In this document: piece by piece, positions 37,791-51,849 of the stretch
How the letters are laid out: each line of letters begins with the position of its first letter
Position numbering within the stretch: position 1 is the first letter of the stretch
Origin: Octopus vulgaris
Lineage: Eukaryota
Length of the DNA: 64,000 nucleotides
Assembly (NCBI GenBank): GCA_951406725.2
Contig: OX597826.1
Span: 36,332,001-36,396,000 of the forward strand
Direction of reading: 5' to 3'
Translations under genes and position numbers: made by a program
Notes under the pieces: model-generated
Database searches by the model: none
What the model was told of the DNA's origin: nothing
What the model saw: the letters and a program-made list of their open reading frames with translations, nothing else

Positions 37791-39473
37791 ACCATATATA
37801 TATCCATAACTTTGGCCTACGCACCCAATGCATCTGTGTGATATTCTGCACAATGTTTCTAACTCTGAATTCAGAGATGGCGATATAGTGTAAAAGTGCA
37901 ATGTAATAAGTAACAGTTTATTGCACCTATCTTTTAAAAGTTATTTTTCAGTTCGCTCTATGCTGTTATATTTTCGCAAAATTGTTGGATTTTGGTATAG
38001 ATCTTCGTATTGTACACTCCAATTTTATAGAAGCATTTTCATTGTCGTGAGCAGGTAATAACGACATGGTAGCTTGAGTGATGTGGTAAAGTTTGTGAAT
38101 TTCGATATTTAATTTTTTTTCCTGTTAATTGTAACTATTGAGGTGGTGAAGTTGTCAGGAGGGATGTAGTTTGACTAAACACCATATTGTATATTTTATG
38201 GCAGATAGAGTCCATAGGGAAATGTGTAAAGAACAATCGGATGATGTTTGAACGGAGTTTGAAGTTAAATAATGTGTTATACCATATGATCTTTCTGTTT
38301 TATTTTTTCACCAACATAAATGTGAACAGCTGTAATATTCGTCCGTGTAAGCTTTTGTGAGCTTGTTTTGTAAATGTGCATTATGTGTATACATACATGT
38401 ACATGTAAGTATGTGTGTGCATGAATGTGTATAAGGCACACGCAGTTGTAAACAAAAATAGATATGAAATAAACAGCTTCTTGTATGTATATGCTTGCAT
38501 ATGTGAACAAGCACGCACAGTGTTTGTGAACATTTGTATTTTTCTGCCTTCTTACCAAACACATAACACATATTTTTCTTTAATTCGTTTCTGTCCGCAG
38601 CGTCGTTGTAATATCCAACAGCAGTTAAATTATTCTACGTCAGGAGATAGGTCTACGCTTGTTTTACTAATGTTATTGTGTCAGCCTTTTTAACCAGCAG
38701 AATATCGATTGTGGCATACGCAAATGTATCGTGAGGTCTCGTGGGGCCTTCTTTGTGGGTTGCATTCACCGAAATTTAAATTTAGGTTTATGTTCAACAA
38801 ATCAACTGTGCTAAGGTTAAATCTTTGAACCTGTCAATTTCGTTATTTCTTTTCTTTTTCTTTTTTTTTTTACCCTTTTATTTAAAAATAAAAATATAAC
38901 CAATCAGTCTGACATCTCTGCAAATCTCTAACTCTACAGTCTAATTTCAATAGGAGCAAATCTTGCACAATCCTTTGGAATTGCATATTTCAACCCTTTC
39001 AAAAGACTCTTTTGGGATGTCGAATAGTTTTGTCCTACTGCGTTTTATTTTGAATGAGTCATCAGGAAAGTGTCTTTCTAGCGTGTATAATTATGTCAAT
39101 GTCTTATCGCTAATTATGTTAAAATTACCGCTGAAATGTAAGACTATTCGTAGGAGAGTTTTGGTTATGGAAGGTTAGAATTTCTCGATGTAAAACTCTG
39201 TACGCTTGTATCTAAATTTATTGTGTATGTCACTGAACAACTTAATGACAGAAGTGTCATTATTGCAGAGTAGAAGGCTGGTTGCTTGCATAATACTGCT
39301 ATTAATGAAATCTAATATATGTTCACTGGTCTTATCTAACTCACGTTTATCCGGATTATTAAGCTGGAATTAAATTGTGTGGTCCTTTAATGTAATATAA
39401 GTTTGACGAGTTGACAGACAGTTTACTCTGTCATCCATCTATCGTTTATTTGCTAATTAAATTCTGTTTTCAG

Positions 39474-39523
39474 GTTGTTTTCTCAGATGTTTTGCAATGT
39501 TATTGGAGAAAATTCTTGTATAG
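39474..39523 (+). other. Candidate 50-nt exon
   Basis: Branch-like ctaat, then ttctgttttcag acceptor and AG|gtgagt donor. No homology support. Confidence 0.4.
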
Positions 39524-40380
39524 GTGAGTTTATCGATCTCATAAAGACTTTTTTTTTCTTTCTCAGATGAGATATGAAACTCTTTTAGAGTTTCTACAAG
39601 ACCACATGTTCTTATTTAAGATATTCTAAAACTAATTTGAACCTTTTAAAATTTCATCTTTCTGATCCTGTTGGAAAGATTGTCTTCAAACACTCACAGA
39701 GCCATGTTCTGCTGGGGAGACTTTTGCGTTCTGAAACCATATTTTTCTAAGTAGATTATTCATGTGTTCCACTCTCATGAAAATATATTTTATATATCTC
39801 GCGTTTTTATGACAATTTTCGTCTTCTCAGTGGTTCATATAATTCATAAACCTTTTGGAGGAATCAGTGTATTTTTTGTCAAATATAACAACAAACGTTA
39901 ATCAAATACCACATGTTAATCTTCTACATGTAGAAAGTGTCTCTCCGCTTGATTTTACAAGGAATAAAAATATGAACTCAGAAAGTAATGTAAAATAAGT
40001 ATGATTTATCTGAAGCCGGAAGTACTTCAAGACGCCTAAAGTTGCATGCGAATCGAATTCAAGATATTCTGGGAGGGGAATTAATTGTAGTTTTGCATTA
40101 GAATATTTTAGAAAAAACTGTTGGTACCATATGATGACAATACAAAGAATAAAATTTTTGATTTATAGAGTTAGAATATGAAATGTCACAGAACAGAGGA
40201 TGTTTACCTACATACATACACACTCAAACGCAGATACACACAGAAACAGGAAACTATATGTACATAATTAAACAGGCGTGCACATACACATACGCACAAG
40301 CACACAGTGTCCAGAAATACAAATGAATGTACACTAGCATGCATATACACAAATTAATATATACACAAGATGCACATATT

Positions 40381-42258
40381 GGCATAAGCGTGGCTGTGTG
40401 AGAAGAAGTTTGCTCCCTAACCACATGGTTCGGGGTTCAATCCCACTGCGTGACACCTTGAACAAGTGTCTTCTATTACATCCACGGGCCGACCAAAGCC
40501 TTCTGAGTGGATTTGGTTGATGGAAACTGAAGGAAGCCCACTGTATAATGTGTGTATGTGTTCATGGTTCTTTCGGAGCAAAGGTTCAACAAAAAGGACA
40601 AGACGATTTAGGATCAGTTTGTAGTACAGTTTTGCAGCAATTGACATTAGAGATATACCCCTGTAGTTGGTGACGAGGGATAAATCGCCTTTTTTGGGTA
40701 TTGGAATGATTTGAGAATGGTGCAAAATCTTTGGAGCGACAAAGGTGGAAAGTGTGTGGTTGAAGAGGTTGAGCAAAAGTGTGTGAAATCTATCATCCTT
40801 CCAAATTATAGCTGGGCCAGATACTATGCCTACGCAGACTTATTGAAGAATCAAAAGCCTTTAATCGCGATCTTGCAATGGTATTTGTAGACTTTTCTAA
40901 AGCGTTCGATTCTGTAGATAGGTACAAGATGTTTGAAATCCTTAAGCTCTATGGGATACCAGACAAAATCATTTCTGCCATCAAGGTCCTCTACACAGAT
41001 ACGTCTTCAACCATCTTAACCCCTGACGGAGAAACATCATCTTTCTCAATCAAAGTCGGAATACTGCAGGGAGACACACTCGCCCCATTTCTTTTCATCA
41101 TTGTTATTGATTATGTGCTACGTATGTCAGTTGATACCATCTCTGGCAAGGGCTTTGAAATAAAACCAAAAAGAAGTTCCAGACACCCAGCTGAGTACTT
41201 GACAGACACTGACTTTGCTGACGATATCGCTCTTATCAGTGATTCTCTCTCCAATGCCCAGTCTCTTTCACAATATCTTGAACAAGCCTCAAATTGTGTA
41301 GGTCTTTACCTCAATGAGGCCAAAACTGAATACATAAACAAGTGCCTGTCCAACAGTGATTGCATCATCCACACTCTCAACAGTGCGCCTTTAAATATGG
41401 TTTCTGATTATAAATATCTTGGGTCATACATATCATCATCTGGAAAATACTTTCTAACTAGAAAGGGTATGGCCTGGTCAGCCTGTAATGACATGCATAA
41501 GATCTGGTCATCAAATCTAAGTAGAGACTTCAAACTTGAAATCTTCAAAGCCACAGTCGAACCAATTCTACTATATGGCTCAGAAACCTAGACGTTATCA
41601 AAGAAGCTTGAGAGGCGGTTGGATGGAACCTACACTCGCCTCCTTATGAGAGCTCAAAATCTCTCGTGGAAGCGTCATCCAACCAAAATGCAAATATATG
41701 GGAAACTACCACCTGTGTCATCTCTTGTGAAAGGTAGGAGAGTCCAGTTTGCTGGACATTGTTGTAGAGCTGAAAAAGAAGTAATTTCTACTCTTCTCCT
41801 CTGGAAGCCATCTACTCGCAATACCAGAGGGTGCACACTCTCTTCCCCTGATGTAATCTCCAGGGATACAGGCATCCAGCAACAGGACCTCCGTAATGCC
41901 ATGATGGACCGTGAAGTCTGGCGTAGCATGGTAAATTCCATTGTCTCGACCACGGTCGAACAATGATGATGATGATGTGTTCATGTATGCGTGCGTGTGT
42001 GTGTGTGCGTGCATGCGCGCATGCATGTGTAAGTGTGTATGTCTGTGTGTGTATGTTTGTATTTGTGTTTGTCCTCCACCATCGCTTGACAACTGGTGTT
42101 GGTGTGTTTACGTCCCAGTAATTAGTGGTTCGGTAAAAGAGACCAGTAGAATAAACCGCAGGCTTTAAAGAAATTCAAATCCTCTCGGTTGATTCTTCAA
42201 GACGGTGACCCAGCATGATCGCAGTCTATTCACTGAAGCAATTAAAAGGTAAAAAAAT
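40381..42258 (+). mobile_element. SINE family A, interrupted in its internal microsatellite by an RTE LINE
   Basis: Head at 40381-40555 and tail at 41986-42258 are collinear with 49972-50432. Confidence 0.88.
40567..41974 (+). mobile_element. RTE-clade LINE, 5'-truncated with inverted 5' segment (40567-40815 on the - strand)
   Basis: RT motifs IIPIPKKGD..NYRGISL (inverted part), then QILCLRRLIE..FVDFSKAFDS..GILQGDTLAP..FADD..YKYLGS (+ strand). One TAG at 41589 replaces the W of YGSETW. 3' hairpin tcgaccacggtcga, (TGA)n tail, TSD atgtgttcatg at 40556-40566 and 41975-41985. Confidence 0.95.
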
Positions 42259-42914
42259 TAAGGACTTGCACGCAAAATCGCGCTTACATGCATGCGATTA
42301 TAGACACTAAATATATGTGTACATCTATCAACATTCATGTGGTTAACAGCTTACCAACAGACACAACTAAGCATACACATTATATGAATCTGTGTACGCG
42401 CATGTACGTGCGTGAGCGTGAAAACATAATTTACCATGCCAATTCAGCTTGAGAATTTTGTTAGTGTTACACATGACAGTGGAATACTCGGCCACTCACA
42501 CATTAATTCAAGAGCAGGTAAATCTGTTGATCAAATAAGTGAATTCTCATCGTCCAATGGTAAAGACCCACCAACGAACCAAAAATACACACACACACAC
42601 ATATATGCATATGCATATGAATACACGCAATTATTTAGTCCTTGCCAATCTGTGTATATAGTTGTGTATAATCTTATACACATCCTTACAAAGCAAGAAC
42701 ATACATACAGCAATATATGCATCCTTATGCTTCGTACTAATTTTACATATATAGTTATACATGCATACAGTCACACACAAATGCATTTCTGCTACATGTA
42801 ATTATGTACACAGACGAAATTTAAATATAATATTTTGAATAACAATAACATGCGTAGCAGATTCAAAACTGAATCGCTAGGTAGCCAGGCAGACATCATG
42901 ATCAAACCTCAATA

Positions 42915-43035
42915 GCTTCACGTGATCAGCCACTTACGCAACCAATCATCCCCTAGTCATCACGTAATTCTATTTTCTAGAACTTCCTTATTATGCGCTA
43001 TAAATAAAGGCGGTTTTTTGGCAGTAATTGCATAG
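42915..43035 (+). promoter_or_regulatory. Candidate Pol II promoter
   Basis: TCACGTGA 42918-25, TTACGCAA 42934-41, CCAAT 42942-46, HSE-like ttctagaacttcc ~42975-87, TATAAATA 42999-43006, all in CpG-containing unique sequence. Confidence 0.4.
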
Positions 43036-44675
43036 GTTGCGTCAGCCGCTTGACATCTCCATACTCATCACAACATCCAGCCGATGGCAGATAGGAGTCG
43101 GGAATTTTCGTCACCACGAATATAATGCAATTATTTTCCAGTTATGATAGGCCAGCCACAGACTGTTATATCAGTTAGATTGTCGTAGACCCCAGTCGTA
43201 TGTCCCTTCCGGTGTGTGAATGTTGCTGTTAGTATTGTAAAAAAAACTAACACAGAAACACTATGTGCAGTCATAAAACCTTCCGTTAATTGCTCACGAG
43301 TGTTGTTAGTTAATTCTAAATGTAGCCCTAGAAATACATTTTCATTCACCAGCAGCTACCACCATGATGCACACCTGCATGCAATAAATGTAAAATATGG
43401 AGTTACTGGTGGCATTTACAGTAATGAAGGTAATTACTACAAGAAGGATCTTAAATCGTGATGGATGGAGAAATTTGAATTTGAGAGTAACGAAGGAGAT
43501 TCACAGAATATACCTATGTATCTGTTTACTCATTATAACCATTCCAAATATTCTTTAGTCAATGGTAGCCGTGCATAGTGCTATTTCATCCTTTTTGGGA
43601 ATCGCCAGCGTGACAAAACCTTCAGTAAATTTATTACACACTGTTGAACATTGTACCAAGTGAGATAATTTAGAAGGCATTCAAAGGATGTATATTTTAC
43701 TTCACAGATCAATCATAATTCTGCAAGTGAGACTGAAAACAGTAGAGGAGTGAGAGAAAAGTCCTTCTTACTTCTAACTACTCTCAGTGAGTTATACACC
43801 TAGTCAAAAAGTCAGTAATGCAGTTACTTTAATAATCTTGACTACAAATAATTTCACAAGCCGTTTTAACGTGTCATCATTTTGGGTGCAGATAATGTAT
43901 TTCAGCTGCTATTCATTTGTTCTTGTAGAGAGAGTTCCTTTGAAAGCATAACACCTTGGCTATTGCCATTAGTTTATATGAGTATAAATCAGAATCCACT
44001 GCCAGAGGAAGTTGAACACGTGGAGTCTTTGGTGGCAGTTATTGCAAGGGAGATAAACACTGTCACATAAGTCTTAAATCATGGTGAAGTGAGAAGTGTG
44101 AGTTTTAAATTTAAGAGTAGGGAAGGTGCAGGAATAAATTAAAATATGATCAATGAGTGATACAAACAGAAGGAAGAGGATAGGAAGGGTGACAATGTAA
44201 AAGGAAAAGAAAGAAAAAGAATGGAAGCCAGAAAAGGAGAGACTGGGAGAAAAGAGGGAGGGTGGGAGAAGAATAGAGAGAGAGAGAAAGAGCGAGAGAA
44301 AGAGAGAGTGTGTGTGTGATAATTCATAGGAGCACAGGAAATAATGAACGTCAAGCAGAAATCTATGAGGGTAAGACAGTGTGGGTGTATATATGTGTGG
44401 GGCACATGTGAAGAGGGGCGTTTAGTGAGATTTTACAATAATTAGGATGTAAAGAGGGAGAGATGAGGATAAAGATGATCTGACTGAATGAAGAGAGCAG
44501 GGGAGATTAAGGATGAGGATTAAGAAATCAAAGAAACAGTGAATTCAAAACATGGTAAGAAAATGTGAGAAATTTGATGATGAAGATTGACTTAAATAAA
44601 ATAGGATTTCCTGCATAACAACTGAGTATTGGTATGGATGCTGCAAACATCATCACAAAATACTTATATGCAATA

Positions 44676-44926
44676 CTCTTTACTCTTTACACTTTTATTT
44701 GTTTCAGTCATTTGACTATGGCCATGCTGGAGCACTGCCGTTTTTTAGTCGAACAAATCGACCCAGGGACTTATTCTATGTAAGCCTAGTACTTATTCTA
44801 TCGGTCTCTTTTCCCAAACTGCTAAGTTACGAGGAAGTAAACACACCAGCATCAGTTGTCAAGTGATGGTGGGGAGACAAACACAGACACACAATCATGC
44901 ATACACACACATACACATATACATAA

Positions 44927-44958
<32 letters not shown>

Positions 44959-45121
44959 GATGGGCTTCTTTCAGTTTCTGTTTACCAAATCCACTCATAA
45001 GGCTTTGCTTGGCTTGAGGCTATGATAGAAGACACTTGCCCTAGGTGCCATGCAGTGGGACTGAACCCAGAACCATGTGGTTGGTAAGCAAGCTCCTTAC
45101 CACACAGCCACCCCTGCACCT
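44676..45121 (-). mobile_element. SINE family A, full length (a second 3' fragment follows at 45135-45262)
   Basis: Reverse complement of the family A consensus. Confidence 0.9.
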
Positions 45122-45263
45122 ATATGGGTATATTCTTTTATTCTTTTATTCGTTTCAATCAATTGACTGTGGCCATGCTGGAGCACCGTCTTTAGTCAAC
45201 TAAATCGATTCCAGGACTTATTGTTTGTAAGCCTAGTACTTATTCTATCAGTCTCTTTTGCTT

Positions 45264-45296
<33 letters not shown>

Positions 45297-45597
45297 GTAG
45301 ATAGGTAGATAGATAGATAGATCGATAGATAGATAGATATACATACATGGATGCATAAATGCACATCAAGGTACTGCTTCTTACCGCAACATGATATTGC
45401 AACTAAAAAAATGCCATCCATAGAAAAATAAAGTCTGTCCTGGGATAAATATAAAGAATCAGCCCTGTTATTGACTACATAAACATCAACACAAGGAATA
45501 TGGTTGGAACATTCACATCAAAATATCCACCTAGGTTAAACAAAACAAACAAAATATTGTTGTTTGGAGCAGAACAGAAGAATATGTATTTTCACAG

Positions 45598-45651
45598 AGG
45601 ACAGCTGCCCTGCTTAAGTCTGAAAATCAAAGAAAAAGAAGATTATTACAG
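45598..45651 (+). other. Candidate 54-nt exon
   Basis: ttttcacag acceptor and CAG|gtaatt donor. Two frames are open. Weak. Confidence 0.25.
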
Positions 45652-46153
45652 GTAATTGCTTTGACACCTTCAGCTTCCATATCCAGATTATAAATTCACA
45701 TTTATACCAATAATAATTGGATTGGTGTACAAGGTTTTGCGAGTAAATGCTTATGTGACAACTTGGTAAAGCTGGTATTTTCAGTAAAAGATATCAACCA
45801 GCTAATTCAGCCATTACAGTTACAAACTGTAAATGGAACAATGAAAAAAGAAAAAAAGTGAGCCTTTCTCAAATTTAAAACGTGAATTAGTTTTTGCTAT
45901 CCACATTCCAATGATGGAGATGTGTATCTTTGTTAGAAACCAGCCTTTTCCTTACAGGAAATAATGAAAAATAAAAGAGAACACACTTACTCACAAATAC
46001 ATACATATACATACATACATATACATACATACATACATACATACATACATACATACATACATACATACACACACACACATACATACATACATACATACAT
46101 ACATACATACATACAAACATACATACTTACACACATACATGCATACATATATA

Positions 46154-46537
46154 CAGGGTGTCTCAAAAGTCTCCATGCATAGGAAAAACTTATTTTTTAT
46201 AAGAGACAGTTTATAAGATCCTCTAGATCCCCTGATCTGATCCCTCTTGATTTCTATATTTGGGGGGCATTTGAAAGGAATGGTGTATTGCAAAGAGATA
46301 AAAGACCTAATTCATTTGAAGGAATGCATCACCAACTCCTTTGTACACGGATCACCAGATGTGCTATTACGAGTTCACAATGAGTGGGGTAAACATTTTG
46401 CAATGTGTATTCAAAACAATGGTAACCATATAGAGCCTGTTAAATGAAAAACAAAAACAAAAATAAACTGTTTTTATAAACTATTTCTTATCAAAAAATA
46501 AATTGTTCCTATGTATGCTGACTTTTGAATCACCCTG
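46154..46537 (+). mobile_element. 384-bp non-autonomous Tc1/mariner (maT-like) deletion derivative with ~60-bp TIRs and TA TSD
   Basis: ta-cagggtgtctcaaaagtc ... gacttttgaatcaccctg-ta. Internal RSPDL..GHLKGMVY..CIQNNGNHIE transposase C-terminus. Confidence 0.9.
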
Positions 46538-46932
46538 TAGTTACATACTTACATACAAACATTGAGGATGTCAACTCATGTCTTAGTATAACCACTTCCT
46601 ATGGGGAACATACATACATGTATGCATGCATACATATTCATAATATCATTTGCCTTCAGCTTTTACCATTTATTCCTGAAACGTAATCATTCATATTGTC
46701 ACTAACAGACTTTTCGCATCTCACTTGATGTTCTCACCTCCATATTCATATACTGTTATCTTCACATGAATCTTTCTCTTGCACTTTTGCATGTCATTTC
46801 ATCTACCTTGGATATATTCGTTCACACCTGTATTTGGACAAAACGCTGCAAAGCCTGTGAGTTCACCCTCATGCATATGTCCACTGTACTTATTAACTCT
46901 TGAATTGTAATGTAAATGTGAATGCGTATTTT

Positions 46933-46984
<52 letters not shown>

Positions 46985-47112
46985 CATGAATATGCATATG
47001 TATATGTGTAAATATATATATGTAAATGTATATATATATACATATGCATATTCATGTATATATATATATATATGTATATATATATGCATGTATGCATGTA
47101 TTTATATATATG

Positions 47113-47155
<43 letters not shown>

Positions 47156-48938
47156 GTATGTATGTATATGTGTATGTATGTATATATATATATGTATGTA
47201 TGTATATTTATATATATATATATATATATATATAATGATTGCCTCATCATGTCAGATTGTAGGTGTTATACAATCAGCTTGGTTGCTCTAATTTATTTTT
47301 ATCCTTGCATATGCGTGGATATGACTTTGAACACCAGAATTCCATCACCATAGTACTTTATAGAATACAAAATAGTGATCAAGAAATGAAATGATTGTGT
47401 TTATCATTGAATTTAAGTGACAAAATCTTGTACAACACTTTCGTCACTCTCTCAGTTGCCATTATAGATTCCACTGACAAGCAAGTTTTGTTAGCGTATT
47501 TTTTTTTTCAAGAAGAACTGCCTTCCACACAGCCTTGTTAAAAATAACAGGAACCTCCTCTATCCTTGGGAAGCCTGTTTAAGCCATAGAAGGAGCCCTG
47601 ACAGAAACTATCCTGAATCAGAACAGTCCTGTGAACAATAGTAATGTAAAGGGTGACTCTCCGCTCTCCACAACACTAGAAACTCCAACCTTGACCATCA
47701 CTACTGGATGCAGTTTCCTCATCATTCTGGTAAATCCTTTTGTTCTTTTGATAATGGTGAGGTACCTATTTGTTCCAGTTTGGACTGCTTATTACACCAC
47801 TTACTACAACACATACCATTTTACCATTTTACCATGTTCCCTTCCTATCTTCATCGGTATTTTGTGGCATTTGTTGGTACCTATCTTTACTATTTGACAT
47901 CAACTCAAATCTGATTCCTTTTGATAAAATACACGCCATGCATTTTTTTCTTTTTTTTTGTGTCTAGAATTCCAAGTCTCTATGCCAAAATTAGCCATGT
48001 ATATATGTCAGATCTGACTGAAACCATGTTATTCTTCAAAGTGCTAATTTTTTATTCTCCATATAATTTTCATTGGTTATCAAATATTCTTGTAAAATGT
48101 ATCAATTTTCTAAATTTCCATATATTTATTCTAATTTCCAATATTTATTTTAAAACCATTTATCTTTCCTTTTAAAAAAAAAGAAAATGTCATTTTTGTC
48201 AGATTCATGTTTGCTTCAAAGTTACTTTTTCATTACATTTAAAAAAATTCTATTTCATTATATCCTTGTATAAATATATTTTTATGAATATTTATGTATA
48301 TTAGATATATATTTTTTTTTCTTGCCAGTCATCATGGTAATTATAAAGCTGAATGAGCAGACAGACAGATATATCTCTCTAAAATATAGTTACTGAAACT
48401 ACGACAGCTTCACACTCAATTTGAACATATTTGAATCGAAGGACAAGTGAAGAAAATAGAAAACAAATTAAGACAAACAATATAAGTGAAGTTTCAAAGA
48501 GATTTATATGTGTGTCAAAACTTAGGAAGCTAAACTTAACTGATATCTCAGGAAATTATAAAAATTGTTTAAGAAAAAGCAGTAAATTATAAAAATATTG
48601 AAAATATTCTAAATTTATTTCAAATAGTTAAAATAATATATAGCTTTCAGTTAAGAGAGTAACAAAAGAGGAACAAAGAGACAGACTTTTAATTTTTACA
48701 TATGTATTCATGCATATATACATAAAATATATAGACTAAGAATACACGCACACACGTATATATATACATACGTATATATATGCATATACACAGACATGCA
48801 GGAAGTAAATAGACACCATTAGTTTTCAAAATTTCTGATCTAAGTGTCCTAATATGTTTTCAGTGGTGTAGAATTTACAATGTAATTATTCCTTTTCATT
48901 CTAGGTGCCATTATATTTAACATTTGTGAAGAGTAACC

Positions 48939-49960
48939 ATGCCACACACAAAAAATTCAGCAGAACTGTCAGATTTTCAAAGAGGTTGTATTGTTGGGCA
49001 ATCTGAGGCTGGTCTTCGCCAGCGAAAAATTGCCGAAAATCTTCAAATCCTTCTTGCTATTGTTAATAGAATTATAGTTCAATTCAAAAGCCAAGGAAAA
49101 GAATCAACATATTCTCGTCCTGGCCGATCTGGGCCCTCAGAAAGGAAGCTTCACTGTTTGAAGAGAATTGTGGAAAACGAACCCTGTTCAAAGGCTTCTG
49201 ACATTGCAAGACGACTAGAAGTTAGTTTAAGAACATGTGTTACATATATGCATAATCTTGGGTATTATGGATGAGCAGCTAGAAGAAAACCTCTCCTTCA
49301 TCCAATTAATATCATGAAAAGAAAGAAATGGACTAAGATGTCAGAAAAATCCAGTTCCTTTTGGGATAGAGTGATTTTCTCAGATGAATCCAGATTTGCA
49401 TTATTTTTAGTCAGTGGACATGTTTGGGTCTGGAGGCTTCCCAATCAATAATTTGATTTGAAACAACTTCAACCAACTGTGAAACATGCTGGTATCTCTG
49501 TAATGGTATGGGGAGCTGTCACCAGCAATGGCTGTTCCAAGCTGATCGAATGTGTTGGAACCATAAACTCTGAAAAAATATGTCAAAATACTTAAGCAAG
49601 TACTGCTTCCAATATATTCACATGATAACATAACGAAAAATGAGTTTTTATTCATGGAAGATGGGGCTTCATGGCACACAGGGAAAAGGAATCAACAATG
49701 GCTGACTGAAAATGGGATTAAAAAGCTTCCTTGGCTGAGCCAATCTCCTGACATAAACCCGATTGAAAATATTTGGAGCATACTAGATAAAGGTATACAA
49801 AAAATTCGCCAGAAACCTAAATCTAAAGATGAATTGTTGCGATTGTTGCATGAAAAATGAGCAGAAATTCCACAAGAGACAATCACAAAGCTCACCAGTT
49901 TAATGCCAAAAAAGAGTTTCTGAATTAAAAACTGCAAAGGGAATGTCATTTAAATACTAA
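48939..49960 (+). pseudogene. Tc1-like transposase pseudogene
   Basis: [12 protein letters not shown] (HTH), SRPGR, ARRKP, VIFSDESRF, FMEDGASWH-34aa-NPIENIW. Several stops and frameshifts. Confidence 0.92.
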
Positions 49961-49971
49961 AGTATATATAA

Positions 49972-50432
49972 AGGCGCAGGAGTGGCTGTGTGGTAAGTAG
50001 CTTGTTTACCAACCACATGGTTCCAGGTTCAGTCCCACTGTGTGGCACCTTGGGCAAGTGTCTTCTACTATAACCTTGGGCTGACCAAAGCCTTGTGAGT
50101 GGATTTGGTAGACGGAAACTGAAAGAAGCCCGTCGTATAAATGTATATATATATATATATATATGCGTGTGTGTTTGTGTGTCTGTGTTTGTGTGTCTGT
50201 GTTTGTGTGTCTGTGTTTGTCCCCCTAGCATTGCTTGACAACTGATGCTGGTGTGTTTATGACCCCGTTACTTAGCGGTTCAGCAAAAAAGACCGATAGA
50301 ATAAGTACTGGACTTACAAAAAAGAATAAGTCCCGAGGTCGAGTTGCTCGATTAAAGGCAGTGCTCCAGCATGGCCACAGTCAAATGACTGAAACAAGTA
50401 AAAAAAAGTAAAAAAAAAAGTAAAAAAAAAAG
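49972..50432 (+). mobile_element. SINE family A, full-length young copy
   Basis: tRNA-like head (tggctgtgtgg, ggttcagtccc), CORE-like ccttgggcaagt, internal microsatellite, (GTAAAAAAAA)n tail. Confidence 0.93.
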
Positions 50433-50604
50433 TCCTACCTATTGATTACATTTCAATTGTTCGCTTTGCATATTAAATAAAAATATTTTGAAAATGCATG
50501 TCTGTGTATATATATCTAATACACACACATACATACATACCTACATATATATATATGCATGTATATATATATTTATCTGATATACACATACACACACATA
50601 TATA

Positions 50605-50903
50605 TCATGGATTCTCCCATCGTTAGACGATGTATGAGGATTTCGGCAGTTTCTTGCCGAGCAACCACACAAAAGATTTATTTATAGGGATCAAGTGTCT
50701 GTGTTCACATAAGCTCACATCCTCCATCAAATTGACATTACCTGTACAGGTGCGCCGTATGCCACATATCAGATGACAAAATGGTCACAGAGCAATGTGA
50801 AATGAAGTGCTTTACTCAAGAACACAATGCAACTCCTGGTCTGGGAATTGAACCCATGATCTTGCAGTCGGGAGTGCAACACACTAACCACTAATGTGCC
50901 TTC
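50605..50903 (-). mobile_element. SINE family E (tRNA/CORE-like head, distinct 3' part)
   Basis: Minus strand reads tagtggtt..gggttcaattcccagacc..gttcttgagtaaagcact, like the family D head. Confidence 0.7.
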
Positions 50904-51849
50904 ATACATACATATTATATATATATGTATATATACATCTAATATAGGATAAAATGTTTCGAAAAAGATTTTATCAATGGCCAGCATATAAAAAAAGCAC
51001 ATTTAAAGGTTAAATTTATAAATAACTTATAAACATGGGTATAGGTAAGTATTTCATTTATTCCTCTGCCGCATTTATCACTGATGAAGAGAAGGTTCTT
51101 ATGAATTAACTCTGAAATCGGGTCTGATATGATAATAACAGAATTTTTTAGAAGTTTCTGTTGGCTTTCTTCGAGACACATACTTATAGTGATGAATTAT
51201 GTTTATAAGTTATTTATATGTATATATATATGTGTGTGTGTGTATACTTACTTCAATCTGTATGAATGTCGTGCATCTGTGCATGCATACACACACACAG
51301 AGCCACATGCAAGCTCACCAGAATTGTGAAGATTCAAAATATCTCAGGAGCACAAAGTCAAAGAGGAGATTCATGGATGCACTCAACCTAACTCAAAGCA
51401 GTGTTGGAATTATTGACCACCAAATATCACACTGAACATGAGCTCTTATCAGACATTTGATTCTGGAGACTTCGAACCAAGAACCATTATTTGCAAATCA
51501 AACTTCTTAACTCCACTGCTATGTATTTCTATTTAACGTGATTGAGGCAAGAAACATATTTATGATTTCATTTTATCCAGCAGGTAGATAGAGGCTTGTA
51601 ACTCTCTTGGATATTCTTCTTATTTATTATTTTGGAAATTGTACTTGACAGGGTTTTTAAGGGGTTATTTTGATTTGCTGTTGGAAACTAGTAAATCTGA
51701 AGGCTACATCACCAGTTTAAATTGCCCAGCAATGGCAGAGAAGCTAAGGTTTTGAATTACACATTTGTTCTGCAAGGAAAATGCTAAAGGTAGGTAAATA
51801 ATCACTTAAATGGCATGCTTGGAATAATTTATACGAAATCTTATTTCAG

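Larger units (their letters stand above)
48789..50506 (+). mobile_element. Near full-length inactive Tc1-like (DD34E) transposon
   Basis: TA-flanked ends cacagacatgca / tgcatgtctgtg (the right TIR has an internal deletion). SINE A is inserted before the right TIR. Confidence 0.88.
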
